A stretch of DNA of 64,000 nucleotides from an uncultured bacterium (GTDB lineage Bacteria > Actinomycetota > Coriobacteriia > Coriobacteriales > Coriobacteriaceae), in the NCBI GenBank assembly GCA_905215725.1, contig CAJMRD010000001.1, positions 8,705 to 72,704 on the forward strand, read 5' to 3'. Below the pieces are notes generated by a model. The model searched no databases, had not been told where the DNA came from, and was given only the letters and a program-made list of their open reading frames with translations. This document shows, piece by piece, positions 44,129 through 54,068 of this stretch; within the stretch, counting starts at the first letter, position 1, and each line of letters begins with the position of its first letter. Both the position numbers and the translations under genes were made by a program.

Positions 44129-45010
44129 ATGCAAAACTTGTTAGAACTCAAAGGCATCTCACGCACTGTAAGCGACCGCTTTTCGCTGCGCGACGTCACG
44201 CTTGCCGTGGAACCCGGCCAGATCGTCGGCTTTGTCGGTGCCAACGGTGCTGGCAAAACAACGACGATTCGAGCCGCGCTTGGGCTTATCAAACTCGATG
44301 CCGGCGAGGTGCACCTGTTTGGGCAGCGCTGTGGCGCCGACGCACCCGGTGAAGCGCAGCGCCATCTACGCTCCCGCGTCGGTCTTGTCCTGGACACGTG
44401 CCCCTTCCCCTCCACGCTCAAGGTGGGCCAGATCGAGTCGCTCGTAGGCCCGGCGTACCCCACGTGGGACCGCGAAACGTTCGCCGGATTCATCAACCGA
44501 TTTGGCCTCGATCCTAAGACAAAAGTCAAGGACCTCTCCCGCGGCATGGGCATGAAACTGCAGCTTGCCTGTGCACTCAGCCACAATGCCAAGCTGCTCG
44601 TTTTGGACGAAGCCACCGCGGGCCTCGATCCCATGGCACGCGAGGAACTGCTTGATGAGCTGCTTGCCTTTGTCGCCGACGGCCAGCACAGTGTGCTGCT
44701 CTCGAGCCACATTACGTCCGACCTCGATCGCACCGCTGATCGCGTCATCTGCATCGATAATGGCTCGATTATGTTTGACCTGCCGCGCGAGGAAATTACC
44801 GACCGCGCTGGCATCGCCCACTGCACCCAATCGCAGGCTGCCGAGCTTATGTCTTGCGTCGAAGGCGCCCGTGCCGCCCACCACGCCTATAGCGTGGACG
44901 TGCTCGTGCCCAACCGTCGCGAAACGTTCGAGGCCTTCCCCGAGATTCCCTGCGATCGGGCAACCATTGATGACTACCTGCGCCTCACGCTGAAAGGGGC
45001 TTCGAAATGA
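44129..45010 (+). CDS. ABC transporter ATP-binding protein
   Basis: Walker A GANGAGKTT, signature LSRGMGMK, Walker B LLVLDEATAGLD. Confidence 0.9.
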   Translation: MQNLLELKGISRTVSDRFSLRDVTLAVEPGQIVGFVGANGAGKTTTIRAALGLIKLDAGEVHLFGQRCGADAPGEAQRHLRSRVGLVLDTCPFPSTLKVGQIESLVGPAYPTWDRETFAGFINRFGLDPKTKVKDLSRGMGMKLQLACALSHNAKLLVLDEATAGLDPMAREELLDELLAFVADGQHSVLLSSHITSDLDRTADRVICIDNGSIMFDLPREEITDRAGIAHCTQSQAAELMSCVEGARAAHHAYSVDVLVPNRRETFEAFPEIPCDRATIDDYLRLTLKGASK

Positions 45011-45705
45011 AACGCGCTTTTATGTCCGAGCTCGCCATCGTTCGTACGCTCATCCCGAGCATCACGGGCGTCGGCCTATTCATCTTTGTCGTGCTGACCC
45101 TTGCCAACGCGTCGGATGGCGATTCCGGCATGAGCGCCGGCGCCTGTGCGGTCAGCGCCATGTCGCCCATCATAATCATGAACTCGCTAGCTGGCTACGA
45201 TAACCAAAACGGCTGGGAGCGTTATCGAGCAACGTTGCCCTTCTCGCGCAAAGACATTATTTGCGCACGCTACCTGAGCGTTATTGTCTTCTCGGCTGTC
45301 ATGACGTGCGCCGCCGCGCTTCTGAGCATCGTCTCCATCCCGCTATTCAACAGCGTGGGCATCCCCTCGACGGGACAGACGGTCTTTGAGATCGCTATAG
45401 CCTCGGCAGCATCGATGCTCATCTCCCTCATGATGGTATTCTTGATACAGCCGCTGTTCTTTCGCTTTGGGCACATGGAGGCGCTGCGCCTATCCCTTGG
45501 CCTGTTTGCCCTGTTTGGCTGCGGCACCATGGCCACGTTGAGCTCCTCCAACCCCATCAGCAACTGGCTCATGTCGATTGCCGGAGCGAATCCCGATCCT
45601 GCCGTTCTGGGCTGTCTGTGCGCAGGAATTGCCGTGCTGGCCCTCGCGCTATGCGCAATCAGCTGCACCGTCAGCACCAAGGTTTATCGAGTACGCGACC
45701 TGTAG
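45007..45705 (+). CDS. ABC-2-type transporter permease
   Basis: ATGA overlap with the ATPase gene. 6 hydrophobic segments. Typical YtrA-operon arrangement. Confidence 0.7.
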   Translation: MKRAFMSELAIVRTLIPSITGVGLFIFVVLTLANASDGDSGMSAGACAVSAMSPIIIMNSLAGYDNQNGWERYRATLPFSRKDIICARYLSVIVFSAVMTCAAALLSIVSIPLFNSVGIPSTGQTVFEIAIASAASMLISLMMVFLIQPLFFRFGHMEALRLSLGLFALFGCGTMATLSSSNPISNWLMSIAGANPDPAVLGCLCAGIAVLALALCAISCTVSTKVYRVRDL

Positions 45706-45795
45706 CCACGCGCGTCTCAATCCGCGAAGGACGCGATCGCCGCCCCTCCCTGCAAATCCGTGGCAAACGGCATGGCCCCGGCGCGCGCTACCGTG

Positions 45796-47100
45796 CTACT
45801 TGCGCAGCGGCTTGGGCAGTGGAATGCCGGCGGCGATAACGGCGGCGATGATCATGCAGACGATACCCTTGAGTGGGAAGCACATGAGCAGCAGGCCCAC
45901 GACCATGACCGGCTGACGCATGACGGCGCCCATCGTCGATGCCGTGCAGACGGCGACGCAAAAGACCGGATCGGCGCCGGTGATGATGGCAAGGCCGTAG
46001 CCCAGGCTTACGCCCGAGAAGATAACCGGGAAGAAGTGGCCGCCGCGCCAACCAAGGTTGATGAGGGCAGGCGTCAGCATGGCCTTGACAAGACCGGTCG
46101 CGATAAGCACGCCGGCGGGAATGGTCAGATAGGTTTCCATGAGCACGTCGGCCTGCGTCTCGCCGGCAAACATGGTGTAGGGCAGGACTGTGCCGCAGAT
46201 GGCGAGCGCCAGACCGGCCAGCATGGCTTTGACGACAGGGCGCGCCCCCATTGCATGAGCAAGCGCTTCGCTCGCTTGCTCAGAGACAAAGTACAACCAG
46301 CCGCAGACGGTACCGACCAGTGCCAGGGGGATGAGCCAGGTAAGCTCCAGGTTGCCCACCACGGCAGCCTCGAACCTCGGCATACCCATGCCGCCGCCCA
46401 TGAGCTGGCCGAGCAGCAGGTAGGTGCCCAGGCCGCCAGCAATCGCGATGCCGTAAACCACGGTCTTTTGCGCCTTGGGCAGCCTGATGTTGATCTCACC
46501 GGATTCGGAATCCTCGCCATCGCCGGCACCCTGGCCGTCAGCACTTCCGGCAAGCGGCGCCACAAAGCCAAACACGGGCGCGGTAAAGAGCGCCGTCAGG
46601 GCAGCCTGGGTGCCCAGCAGCGTGAGCTCCCTAAACTCGGCGCCAAAGCGACGCATACGGTCGCCGACCCAGCTGCACAGACCTGCGATAACGCCGGTCA
46701 GACCGGCCTCCGGTCCAATACTTCCACCAAACAGCAGCGGCAGCAATGCCGCGAGCGAAAGCTTGCCCAGGTTGTCGTACGGGTAGCGCCCGTCTTGCTT
46801 AACCTTTGCCATCACCTGGTTGAGGTCATCGGTCTTGATGCCCGTCATCTTTTCGTACAGGCCAATCACCAAGCCGCCCAACAGGCAAACGAAAAACGGG
46901 TACGGCAAAAAGCCAAACGGGCCGCTGGCGAGTTCGGGCGAAGAGACACCCAGCATATGCGGGACCTCGGTCCACAAATAATCAATGCCGTGCTCCATCG
47001 CAAAGAAGAATAGCCAGACTGCGGCACCCGCGAGTGCACCGGTCACGGCAACGCTGACCAAAAACAGCGCTCGGTTCGTGGGTTTGGCAAGGTTATCCAT
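45796..47100 (-). CDS. ClC-family chloride channel/antiporter-like protein
   Basis: 434 aa, polytopic. GGSIGPEAGLTG and FTAPVFG motifs correspond to ClC selectivity-filter loops, although they are divergent. Confidence 0.7.
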   Translation of the reverse strand: MDNLAKPTNRALFLVSVAVTGALAGAAVWLFFFAMEHGIDYLWTEVPHMLGVSSPELASGPFGFLPYPFFVCLLGGLVIGLYEKMTGIKTDDLNQVMAKVKQDGRYPYDNLGKLSLAALLPLLFGGSIGPEAGLTGVIAGLCSWVGDRMRRFGAEFRELTLLGTQAALTALFTAPVFGFVAPLAGSADGQGAGDGEDSESGEINIRLPKAQKTVVYGIAIAGGLGTYLLLGQLMGGGMGMPRFEAAVVGNLELTWLIPLALVGTVCGWLYFVSEQASEALAHAMGARPVVKAMLAGLALAICGTVLPYTMFAGETQADVLMETYLTIPAGVLIATGLVKAMLTPALINLGWRGGHFFPVIFSGVSLGYGLAIITGADPVFCVAVCTASTMGAVMRQPVMVVGLLLMCFPLKGIVCMIIAAVIAAGIPLPKPLRK

Positions 47101-47225
47101 CGGGTCCTCCCGCGGTCAAAGTCGACATAGATACGTTTTATTGTAGAGCGAGCGTTGTCCGAACGAGCCAACCATCTGCGCCGCAAACGGCACCATTGGG
47201 AGTCATAGTGGGGCAGGCTCAAGAC

Positions 47226-47759
47226 TTATCCGTTGATAATCGAGGCAATCTCGCGCAAATCGTCGGCAAAGTAGATGCCGAGTTGGCGCCTCGGGCTCGA
47301 AAGCCCCTTATCAATCATGTGCCCGAGCAGGGCTTTGAGGTCGTTGTAGTACCCATCCAGGTTGTACAGAATGCACGGCGCACTCAGATGCCCCAACGAC
47401 ACGGCGGACATGACCTCGGCAATCTCCTCGAGCGTGCCCGTGCCGCCCGGAAAGGCAATGAACGCATCACCGAGCTCGATCATCTTGGCTTTGCGCTCGG
47501 CCATGTCGCTCGTCACGATGAGGTCGTCAATACCGTCGTGTTGAAACTCTGCCTCGATAAAAAAGCTCGGCTCAACGCCCGTCACATGCCCGCCAGCATC
47601 GAGCACGCTATCGGCAAGCGCGCCCATCAGGCCCGACTTGGAGCCGCCGTATACCAGCGCGTGGCCGTTGGTGCCAATCCAGTTGCCCAGCTCCCGTACC
47701 GCAGGTAGAAACGCCGGGTCATTACCGACGCTCGCGCCCAGGTACACCGTGATGTTCAT
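47226..47759 (-). CDS. LOG-family (TIGR00730) nucleotide phosphoribohydrolase
   Basis: MNITVYLGAS..., GGSKSGLMG and PGGTGTLEE motifs. ATG 47759 after GAGGGGGA. Confidence 0.85.
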   Translation of the reverse strand: MNITVYLGASVGNDPAFLPAVRELGNWIGTNGHALVYGGSKSGLMGALADSVLDAGGHVTGVEPSFFIEAEFQHDGIDDLIVTSDMAERKAKMIELGDAFIAFPGGTGTLEEIAEVMSAVSLGHLSAPCILYNLDGYYNDLKALLGHMIDKGLSSPRRQLGIYFADDLREIASIING

Positions 47760-47795
47760 ATGCAATCCCCCTCGTCGTGACGCGCGGCACCCGTT

Positions 47796-48221
47796 CTATC
47801 GTTGCCGGCGACGGTACTCGCGCACACGGCGCGACAAATCGGCGAGCTCATCGCGGTCGAGTTCTTCCAAATGCTCAAGATCGTCCATAAAGCGCGCCAT
47901 GGTGTCCTTTTGGCGCAGCTTGATGAGCGTATTGCAGTAGTTCACCGCCACGCCCGTAAGCATGGCGATATAGAAGATACTGATGACGCTCAAGACGACG
48001 GTAATGCCGCGGGCAACCGGCGTTTCGGCGGGGATATCGCCAAAGCCGATCGTCGAGACCGTCTCAAAGCTAAACCAGAGACCATCGCCAAACGTGAGGG
48101 TCGTGGGCTCGGACAGCCAGACAGCCGTCGAGCACAGCAGGTAAAAGATAAGAAACAGACCCGTGATGCGCGCAAAGCCGGCCTGTCGCAGTACGTCGGC
48201 AAGCGTCCTCAACTTGTTCAT
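47796..48221 (-). CDS. 2-TM potassium channel (KcsA-like)
   Basis: Pore helix and filter FETVSTIGFGD between two TM helices. Charged C-terminal tail. Start at ATG 48221. Confidence 0.8.
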   Translation of the reverse strand: MNKLRTLADVLRQAGFARITGLFLIFYLLCSTAVWLSEPTTLTFGDGLWFSFETVSTIGFGDIPAETPVARGITVVLSVISIFYIAMLTGVAVNYCNTLIKLRQKDTMARFMDDLEHLEELDRDELADLSRRVREYRRRQR

Positions 48222-48290
48222 CGCGACCCCTTTTCCCAGACGTCCAATCTCGTTCGCTCGGTATTGTCCCACGCCTCCCCCGCAAACGAA

Positions 48291-48388
48291 ACTAGTCATT
48301 GGGAACTAGTCATTGGGGACGTTCTTAAATGACTAGTCAAACAAGAACGTCCCCAATGACTAGTCGTTTAAGAGCGTCCCCAATGACT
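48291..48388. repeat. GACTAGTC-based nested palindromic repeat, expanded copy B2
   Basis: AACTAGTCATTGGG|AACTAGTCATTGGGGACGTTCTTAAAT|GACTAGTCAAACAAGAACGTCCCCAAT|GACTAGTCGTTTAAGAGCGTCCCCAAT|GACTGCAG, made of 27-bp units. Confidence 0.8.
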
Positions 48389-48474
48389 GCAGAGCGCGAG
48401 CGTTTAGCGGTGCAGCTGCCGACTGGGCAGGCTGAGCTGGTATCCTTATGCGGTAATGTCTCAATTCGTTAGGA

Positions 48475-51284
48475 TTGCATGTGAGAGCTTCCGCTGTCCT
48501 TCGTTCAGTTATATATCGCACCCTGGCCGTCGCGCTTGCCGCGCTCGCCGTACTGAGCACCATCATGCCCGCCCCCGCCTATGCCGCCAATACCGATCAG
48601 CAGGTCAAAACGGTCCGCGTTGGTTGGCTCGTCAACAACGAGGGCTTCCAGGACGGCACCCCCGGCGAGCGTCTCTCGGGATGGGGTTACGAGTGCCTCC
48701 AGACCCTCTCGTACTACACACCCGGCTGGCAGTACGAATACGTCTCCGGCACCTTCACAGAGCTTATGGAGAAGCTCGAAGCCGGCGAGATTGATCTCAT
48801 GCCAAACATCTCCTACTCCGAAGAACGCGCCCAAAAACTGCTCTTCTCGTCGAACCCCGAGGGCACCGAACGCTACTACATCTACGCCAAGCCCGATCGC
48901 GACGACCTGGCCAAGGGTGACCCCCAGGCACTCCAGGGTCTCACTATCGGTTTCAACCCCGGCGTCATGCAAACCATCGTTGGCCAGCAATGGCTCGCCA
49001 ACGAAGGCATTACCTGTACCTATAAGGAAATCAGCAGTAACGGCGACCTTTTCGATGCGCTCGCAAACGGCGAGGTCGACGCCATCATCATGAACGACAC
49101 GACCTCGTCGCCCAACGCCTCCCCCATGTTCTACATTGGTTCGAGCGACTACTACTTTGCCGTTCCCAAAAGCCGCCCCGACCTGATGAACGACATCAAT
49201 GCTGCCATGACGGCAATCGCCCGCGTCAACCCACGCTATAACGACGAAGTCAAATCTAGCTACTCGACCCAAAACAGCGGTTCATCATCGCTCAACGGCC
49301 CCGAATGTTCCTGGCTCAAAGCAAACAACAGCACCATCACGCTCGGCTACATTACGGGCAAACTCCCCTACTGCAACGAGGACGAAGACGGCGAAATGGA
49401 AGGCTCGCTCGCATCGCTTGCGACGACGCTGCACGATAAATTTGGCATTACGGTCAAAACCGTCGCCTTTGATAGCTACAAGATGATGTCAAAGGCCCTG
49501 TCAAAGGAAAGCATAGACGTTGCGCTGCCGGTATACCGAGATTACTGGTTTGCCGAGCAAACAGGCGTTGTGCAGTCGATATCGTTGGGGACCATATCCC
49601 TCACCGCCATCCACACCGGCAGCAACCTGAACAAAGACCTTCAGAACATCGCCTGTACCAAATCATCGTTTGTCAACAAAAATGCACTTGAAAGCCTGTT
49701 TCCCACAGCGACCGTAACCGAATACCAATCCGACGATGAAGCGTTCGACGCCCTCAGGAAGGGAACGGTGCACTGCATCCTCGCCCCCAGTTCACGCGTA
49801 AAAACCATCGGTGACCGTTATGATCTCGAGAACTGCGAGACGGCCGAGCTCCCTGACACCTGTGAGCTCCCGTGCTGGATTTCGCGCGGAAAACCCGAGC
49901 TGTTGGGAATCATCAACAAGGGCATCATCAATGCCGGAGAATCGCTCTCCGCAAGCAATTTCTCCCCCACGTCGTACACGGCCCAGGAATCCGACACGCT
50001 TCGATTCCTTTATCGCAACCGCACCGCTATTGCCGCCACCCTCATCGGTATGTTGTCGGTCGGCATCGTCCTGCTCATCTGGGCGCTCGTGCGCGCTCGA
50101 ACCGAGTGCAAAAAGCCGATGCTGCCAACGCCGCTAAGACGGCATTCCTCACGCGCATGAGCCACGACATCCGTACGCCGCTCAACGGTATCCTGGGCCT
50201 TATCGAGATCGAGGAATTGAAGGAAGGCGATATGCAAGTCGCCCGCGAGAGCCGTGCCAAGGCGCGCGTTGCCGCCAATCACCTGCTCTCGCTGATCAAC
50301 GACATCCTCGAGATGGGCAAAATCGAAGACCGCAAGCTAACACTGGAGCATGCGCCTTTTAACCTCAAAGAGCTCTGTGACGATACACTGGTGCTGTGCA
50401 AGCTCCGCGCGTCCAGTAACGGCATCACAATGCAGGACAATAGTCTGCCGTACGCCACGGGGCCATACATGATCGGCAGTCCCACCCATATCCGACAGAT
50501 CATGATCAACCTGTTAGACAACAGCATTAAGTACAACAAGCACGGCGGCTCCGTCACCTTTAGCTCAAAGACCAAGCCACTCGATAACGGGCGCGCGCTC
50601 TTTTGCTTTAGCGTTTCGGATACCGGCATTGGCATGGCTCCCAAGTTTTTAAAGCATATCTATGAGCCGTTTGCCCAAGAAGGTGACGATGCGCGCAGCA
50701 AGTTCCAAGGAACCGGCATGGGCATGCCAATCGTCAAGTCGCTTATTGACCTGATGGGCGGCACGATTGAGATTTCGAGTGAGGTTGGCGTGGGGAGTAC
50801 GTTCAACGTCCAGATTCCGCTCGATATCGACAAGAACCCTCAGGCAAGAGAACGTGCGGACGGCCAGGCAAACAGCTGCTCGCTTGCCGGCATGAACGTC
50901 CTTTTGGCAGAAGATAACGAGCTCAATGCCGAGATTGCCCAGGCTCTGCTCGAAAGCGAAGGCATCGTCGTAACTCGTGCCGCCAACGGCAACGAAACGG
51001 TCGACCTATACGTTGGCCGTCCCGCCGGCAGCTTCGATGCGATCCTGATGGACATTATGATGCCGGACATGGACGGCTACGAGGCAACCCGCGCGATTCG
51101 TCTGAGCGAGAAGGTCGATGCAGCCGATATCCCCATCATCGCGCTCACCGCCAATGCCTTTGCCGAGGACGCCAAGGCGGCACACGACGCCGGCATGAAC
51201 GCTCATCTGTCCAAACCGCTCGACTTTAACAAGCTCAAAAACATACTCGCCCGCATCAAGAAAAACGGATCCGTTTCGCTATAG
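48475..51284 (+). pseudogene. BvgS-like hybrid sensor histidine kinase (signal peptide, 2 periplasmic SBP_bac_3 domains, TM, HisKA, HATPase_c, REC) interrupted by a frameshift
   Basis: ORF 48475-50160 encodes the signal peptide, two solute-binding domains and the TM helix, then runs into junk. ORF 49872-51284 carries AKTAFLTRMSHDIRTP (H-box), the ATPase N/G boxes and a receiver domain (LLAEDNELN...DAILMDIMMPDMDG...K), but has no start or TM of its own. The two frames meet at the A5 run 50110-50114. One extra A would give ...RTECKKADAANAAKTAFLTRMSHD. Confidence 0.75.
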
Positions 51285-51326
51285 TTTGTGCTCAACCACC
51301 ACGCACGACCAGAAAGGAAGCCAACG

Positions 51327-51806
51327 ATGTTTAGGCCCTTACGTCGAAAGAAACGCGCCATCACCGACGAGGAAGCGCGCGAACTGCTCGCTACCTGCAA
51401 GCGCGGCGTCTTTGCCGTCAACGGCGACGATGGCTACCCGTACGCCATTCCCGTCAACTACTTCTTTGACACCGAGCACGACAAGATTTATTTCCATGGC
51501 GCCAAAGCTGGCCACAAGGTCGACGCACTCAAGCGCGATGACAAGGTCTGCTTTACCGTTTACGGCAACGAGTGGTACAAGGACGGTGACTGGGCTCCCT
51601 ACGTTATGAGCACCGTGGTCTTTGGCCGATGTCGCCTGGCGAATGACACTCCCGCGTTTATCGAGGATAAAGTCCGCCAGCTCGCCCTTAAGTACTACCC
51701 TTCTGCCGAGGAAGTCGAAGAGGAAATCGCCAAAGACATCAAGGGCGTCCAGCTCTACGAGATTACGATTGAGCATCTTTGCGGCAAGCAGATTCAGGAA
51801 AAGTAA
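51327..51806 (+). CDS. pyridoxamine 5'-phosphate oxidase-family FMN-binding protein (Nim-like split barrel)
   Basis: MFRPLRRKKRAITDEEARELL...GDDGYPYAIPVNYFFD...IYFHGAKAGHKVDALKRDDKVCFTV. Confidence 0.75.
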   Translation: MFRPLRRKKRAITDEEARELLATCKRGVFAVNGDDGYPYAIPVNYFFDTEHDKIYFHGAKAGHKVDALKRDDKVCFTVYGNEWYKDGDWAPYVMSTVVFGRCRLANDTPAFIEDKVRQLALKYYPSAEEVEEEIAKDIKGVQLYEITIEHLCGKQIQEK

Positions 51807-51833
51807 GCCCCTCAGCAGGTCTCATCAATAGTA

Positions 51834-51873
51834 ATATGGCCCGGTTCCAGCCCACCTTGGAACCGGGCCATAT
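51834..51873. terminator. 16-bp-stem bidirectional terminator hairpin
   Basis: ATATGGCCCGGTTCCA-N8-TGGAACCGGGCCATAT. Confidence 0.65.
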
Positions 51874-51875
51874 GC

Positions 51876-54068
51876 TTATAAAGCGTCGGCAGCTATGTGC
51901 GCAAGCGCCTCAACGAGCTCCTGCGAGCTCACGGGTTTACTCAGGTGCGCGTTCATGCCCGCCTCACGTGAAAGCCTGCGGTCGTCGGCAAAGGCGTTGG
52001 CACTCACGGCGATAATCGGCGTGGTCGCGGCATCCTCGCGATCGAGTGCGCGAATCTGACGCGTGGCCTCAAGGCCATCGATGCCAGGCATCATGATGTC
52101 CATCAACACCACGTCATACTCGTGCGGTGCGCTCGCGGTAAACATCTCGACGGCAGACTCACCATCCTTAGCATGCGTCACGACGGCCCCGGCATGGCCG
52201 AGCGTAAACTGCGCGATCTCGGCATTCAGATCGTTATCCTCTACGAGCAAAACGCGCAAGCCCTGGAGCGCATCGCCGTCTCCCGCATCCGCGCGCACTG
52301 CCTGAGGAATCTCGGAGCGCTTGCATTTCTCGAACGGCAGGCGGATGGTAAACGTCGTCCCCTGCCCCAAGACGCTCGTAAAGCTCATGGTTCCGCCCAT
52401 AAGCTCGACCAACTGTTTTGCGATAGGCGCGCCCAGGCCAGTTCCCGATGAAGCGCCTTCCACCTGTTGCTCCTCGCGGCAAAACGGCTCGTAGAGGTGC
52501 TGTTGGAACTCCTCGCTCATGCCAATACCGTTGTCGGCGATCGTGTATTCATAGACGAGGACGCCATCCGCCGGCTCCACCTCGCGGCACACCAGGCGAA
52601 CATAGCCGCCCTGGCGGTTGTACTTGACGGCATTGCCGGCAATATTGAGCAACAAGCGCTTGAGGTGCGTCACGCTCACCCGTGCATAGGGATGATCAAG
52701 GGTCTGCTGGTCGCAGATAATTGTCACCAGACGCTCCTCGGCCTGGCGCTCAAGAATATCGCGCACTTCGTGGTTGAGGGTCGCCAAGTTTGTGGGAACA
52801 AGCTCCAGATCGACCTGCCCGCTCTCCAGGCGACTCATATCCAGGGCCTCGTTGGCAAGGTCGAGCAGCAGTCCCGATGCCGTCCAGATCTTTGAGCGGC
52901 ACTCGGTCTGCTTTTGCAGATCGCCCGCATTGGCATCGCCGACCTCAACCATACCGCGAATGTCGTTGATGGGCGTGCGCAGATCGTGGCTCATGCGGCG
53001 CAAAAACTCCGTCTTTGCAGAGTTGGCAGACGAGGCCTCACGCACTGCCTTTGCCAGCTTGTCGCCATAGTCGCGCTCCTGCTGCAGCAAGTCCGTCAAA
53101 CGTCGACGATCAGCGCGGCGGCGCACCATCACAACAACGGCTATAACACCGCTGTAGAGCACCAGCACGCCAGCAGCAACAGCCGCGACGACCTCAAAGT
53201 AGCGCCGCGCCGAGGCATAGGTGTACACGTAGAACCCGCGCGCTTTTCCAAATGTGCCCAAATACCACTCGCCGTCGGCGTTAACCAATCTGACCTTACC
53301 AGCCGGGCACCGATCCTTTATACCGTCGACAATGAAGGCATCCGTCGCAGGCAGATCGAATACGCCCAATATGGTGGGTTCAACGGCATTGGTCGCAACG
53401 ACTTTGCCATCGCTTTCGATCACGATATTGCCACTGTCGATGGTCTCATAACCACCGAGCAAACTCTGCAGTTTGAGTGTATTGCTTGCAACCGCCTTCG
53501 CGCTCTGATGCCTTACCGCGATAACGATGCCCTCGCCATCCTGCCGAGTCACGCAGCCAATGTCTGCGACCGAATCATCCGCAAGCGCGATGCGGGCGGT
53601 ATAGGACTTAAGCGGATGAGTTGCCACCTCAAGCACGGGTGATTCTTTGAGATACGTAGCGAGCGACCCGTAGTCCGCATCGCCCGTCGAGGACTCGGAC
53701 ACCAAATTGCCCGATGCGTCCGTCACGATCAGCGCGCTCACGTTGAACTGGTCGGCATATTGCTCCAGCATGGCGTTATCCACCGAACCGTCGCGCTCCA
53801 TATCGCGAGCCGCCTCTCCGGCAATCTCCATAACGCGAATCAGGTTTTTGGTCGTATAGGCGCTGTTGAATGCATCGTAGGAAAGGCTCTGCGTCGCCAC
53901 GTAATCGACAACGTCGGCAAAGCGCTGCTCGGCTTGGGCCGTCATGTAACCGTAGCTCATCATGCCGGCAGCAACCGAGAGCGCTATCCCCAGCAGAGCG
54001 ACAAGGAGCCATGCCCCTGCCGAACGATTGCCCCGCTCCTGAGCAGCGTGGTCGGGCGCATCGATCAT
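51876..54068 (-). CDS. hybrid sensor histidine kinase/response regulator with a ~270-aa extracytoplasmic sensor domain
   Basis: Two TM segments flank a periplasmic domain. FLRRMSHDLRTPIND H-box, HATPase_c (GTGLGAPIAKQLVELMGG), and a C-terminal REC (VLLVEDNDLN...DVVLMDIMMPGIDG). Confidence 0.85.
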   Translation of the reverse strand: MIDAPDHAAQERGNRSAGAWLLVALLGIALSVAAGMMSYGYMTAQAEQRFADVVDYVATQSLSYDAFNSAYTTKNLIRVMEIAGEAARDMERDGSVDNAMLEQYADQFNVSALIVTDASGNLVSESSTGDADYGSLATYLKESPVLEVATHPLKSYTARIALADDSVADIGCVTRQDGEGIVIAVRHQSAKAVASNTLKLQSLLGGYETIDSGNIVIESDGKVVATNAVEPTILGVFDLPATDAFIVDGIKDRCPAGKVRLVNADGEWYLGTFGKARGFYVYTYASARRYFEVVAAVAAGVLVLYSGVIAVVVMVRRRADRRRLTDLLQQERDYGDKLAKAVREASSANSAKTEFLRRMSHDLRTPINDIRGMVEVGDANAGDLQKQTECRSKIWTASGLLLDLANEALDMSRLESGQVDLELVPTNLATLNHEVRDILERQAEERLVTIICDQQTLDHPYARVSVTHLKRLLLNIAGNAVKYNRQGGYVRLVCREVEPADGVLVYEYTIADNGIGMSEEFQQHLYEPFCREEQQVEGASSGTGLGAPIAKQLVELMGGTMSFTSVLGQGTTFTIRLPFEKCKRSEIPQAVRADAGDGDALQGLRVLLVEDNDLNAEIAQFTLGHAGAVVTHAKDGESAVEMFTASAPHEYDVVLMDIMMPGIDGLEATRQIRALDREDAATTPIIAVSANAFADDRRLSREAGMNAHLSKPVSSQELVEALAHIAADAL

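Noticed and set aside
47101-47225. Fluoride riboswitch upstream of the ClC-family gene.
   Set aside because: The minus-strand leader contains GCAGAUGG...AACGCUC, which is reminiscent of the crcB motif. However, the downstream GCUNAUGA..CCUAC segment is missing. The ClC filter motifs also do not look like the fluoride-specific subclass. An Infernal RF01734 scan would settle it.
48291-48388. CRISPR array, considered because of regularly spaced repeats.
   Set aside because: The units are 27 bp with no unique spacers. The units are in mixed orientation and form a palindrome. There are no cas genes in the window.
49872-51284. The second kinase ORF as an independent gene.
   Set aside because: Its first ~75 codons overlap the solute-binding/TM ORF in another frame and translate to junk. 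The real homology starts only at the frameshift point, so I treat it as one disrupted gene.
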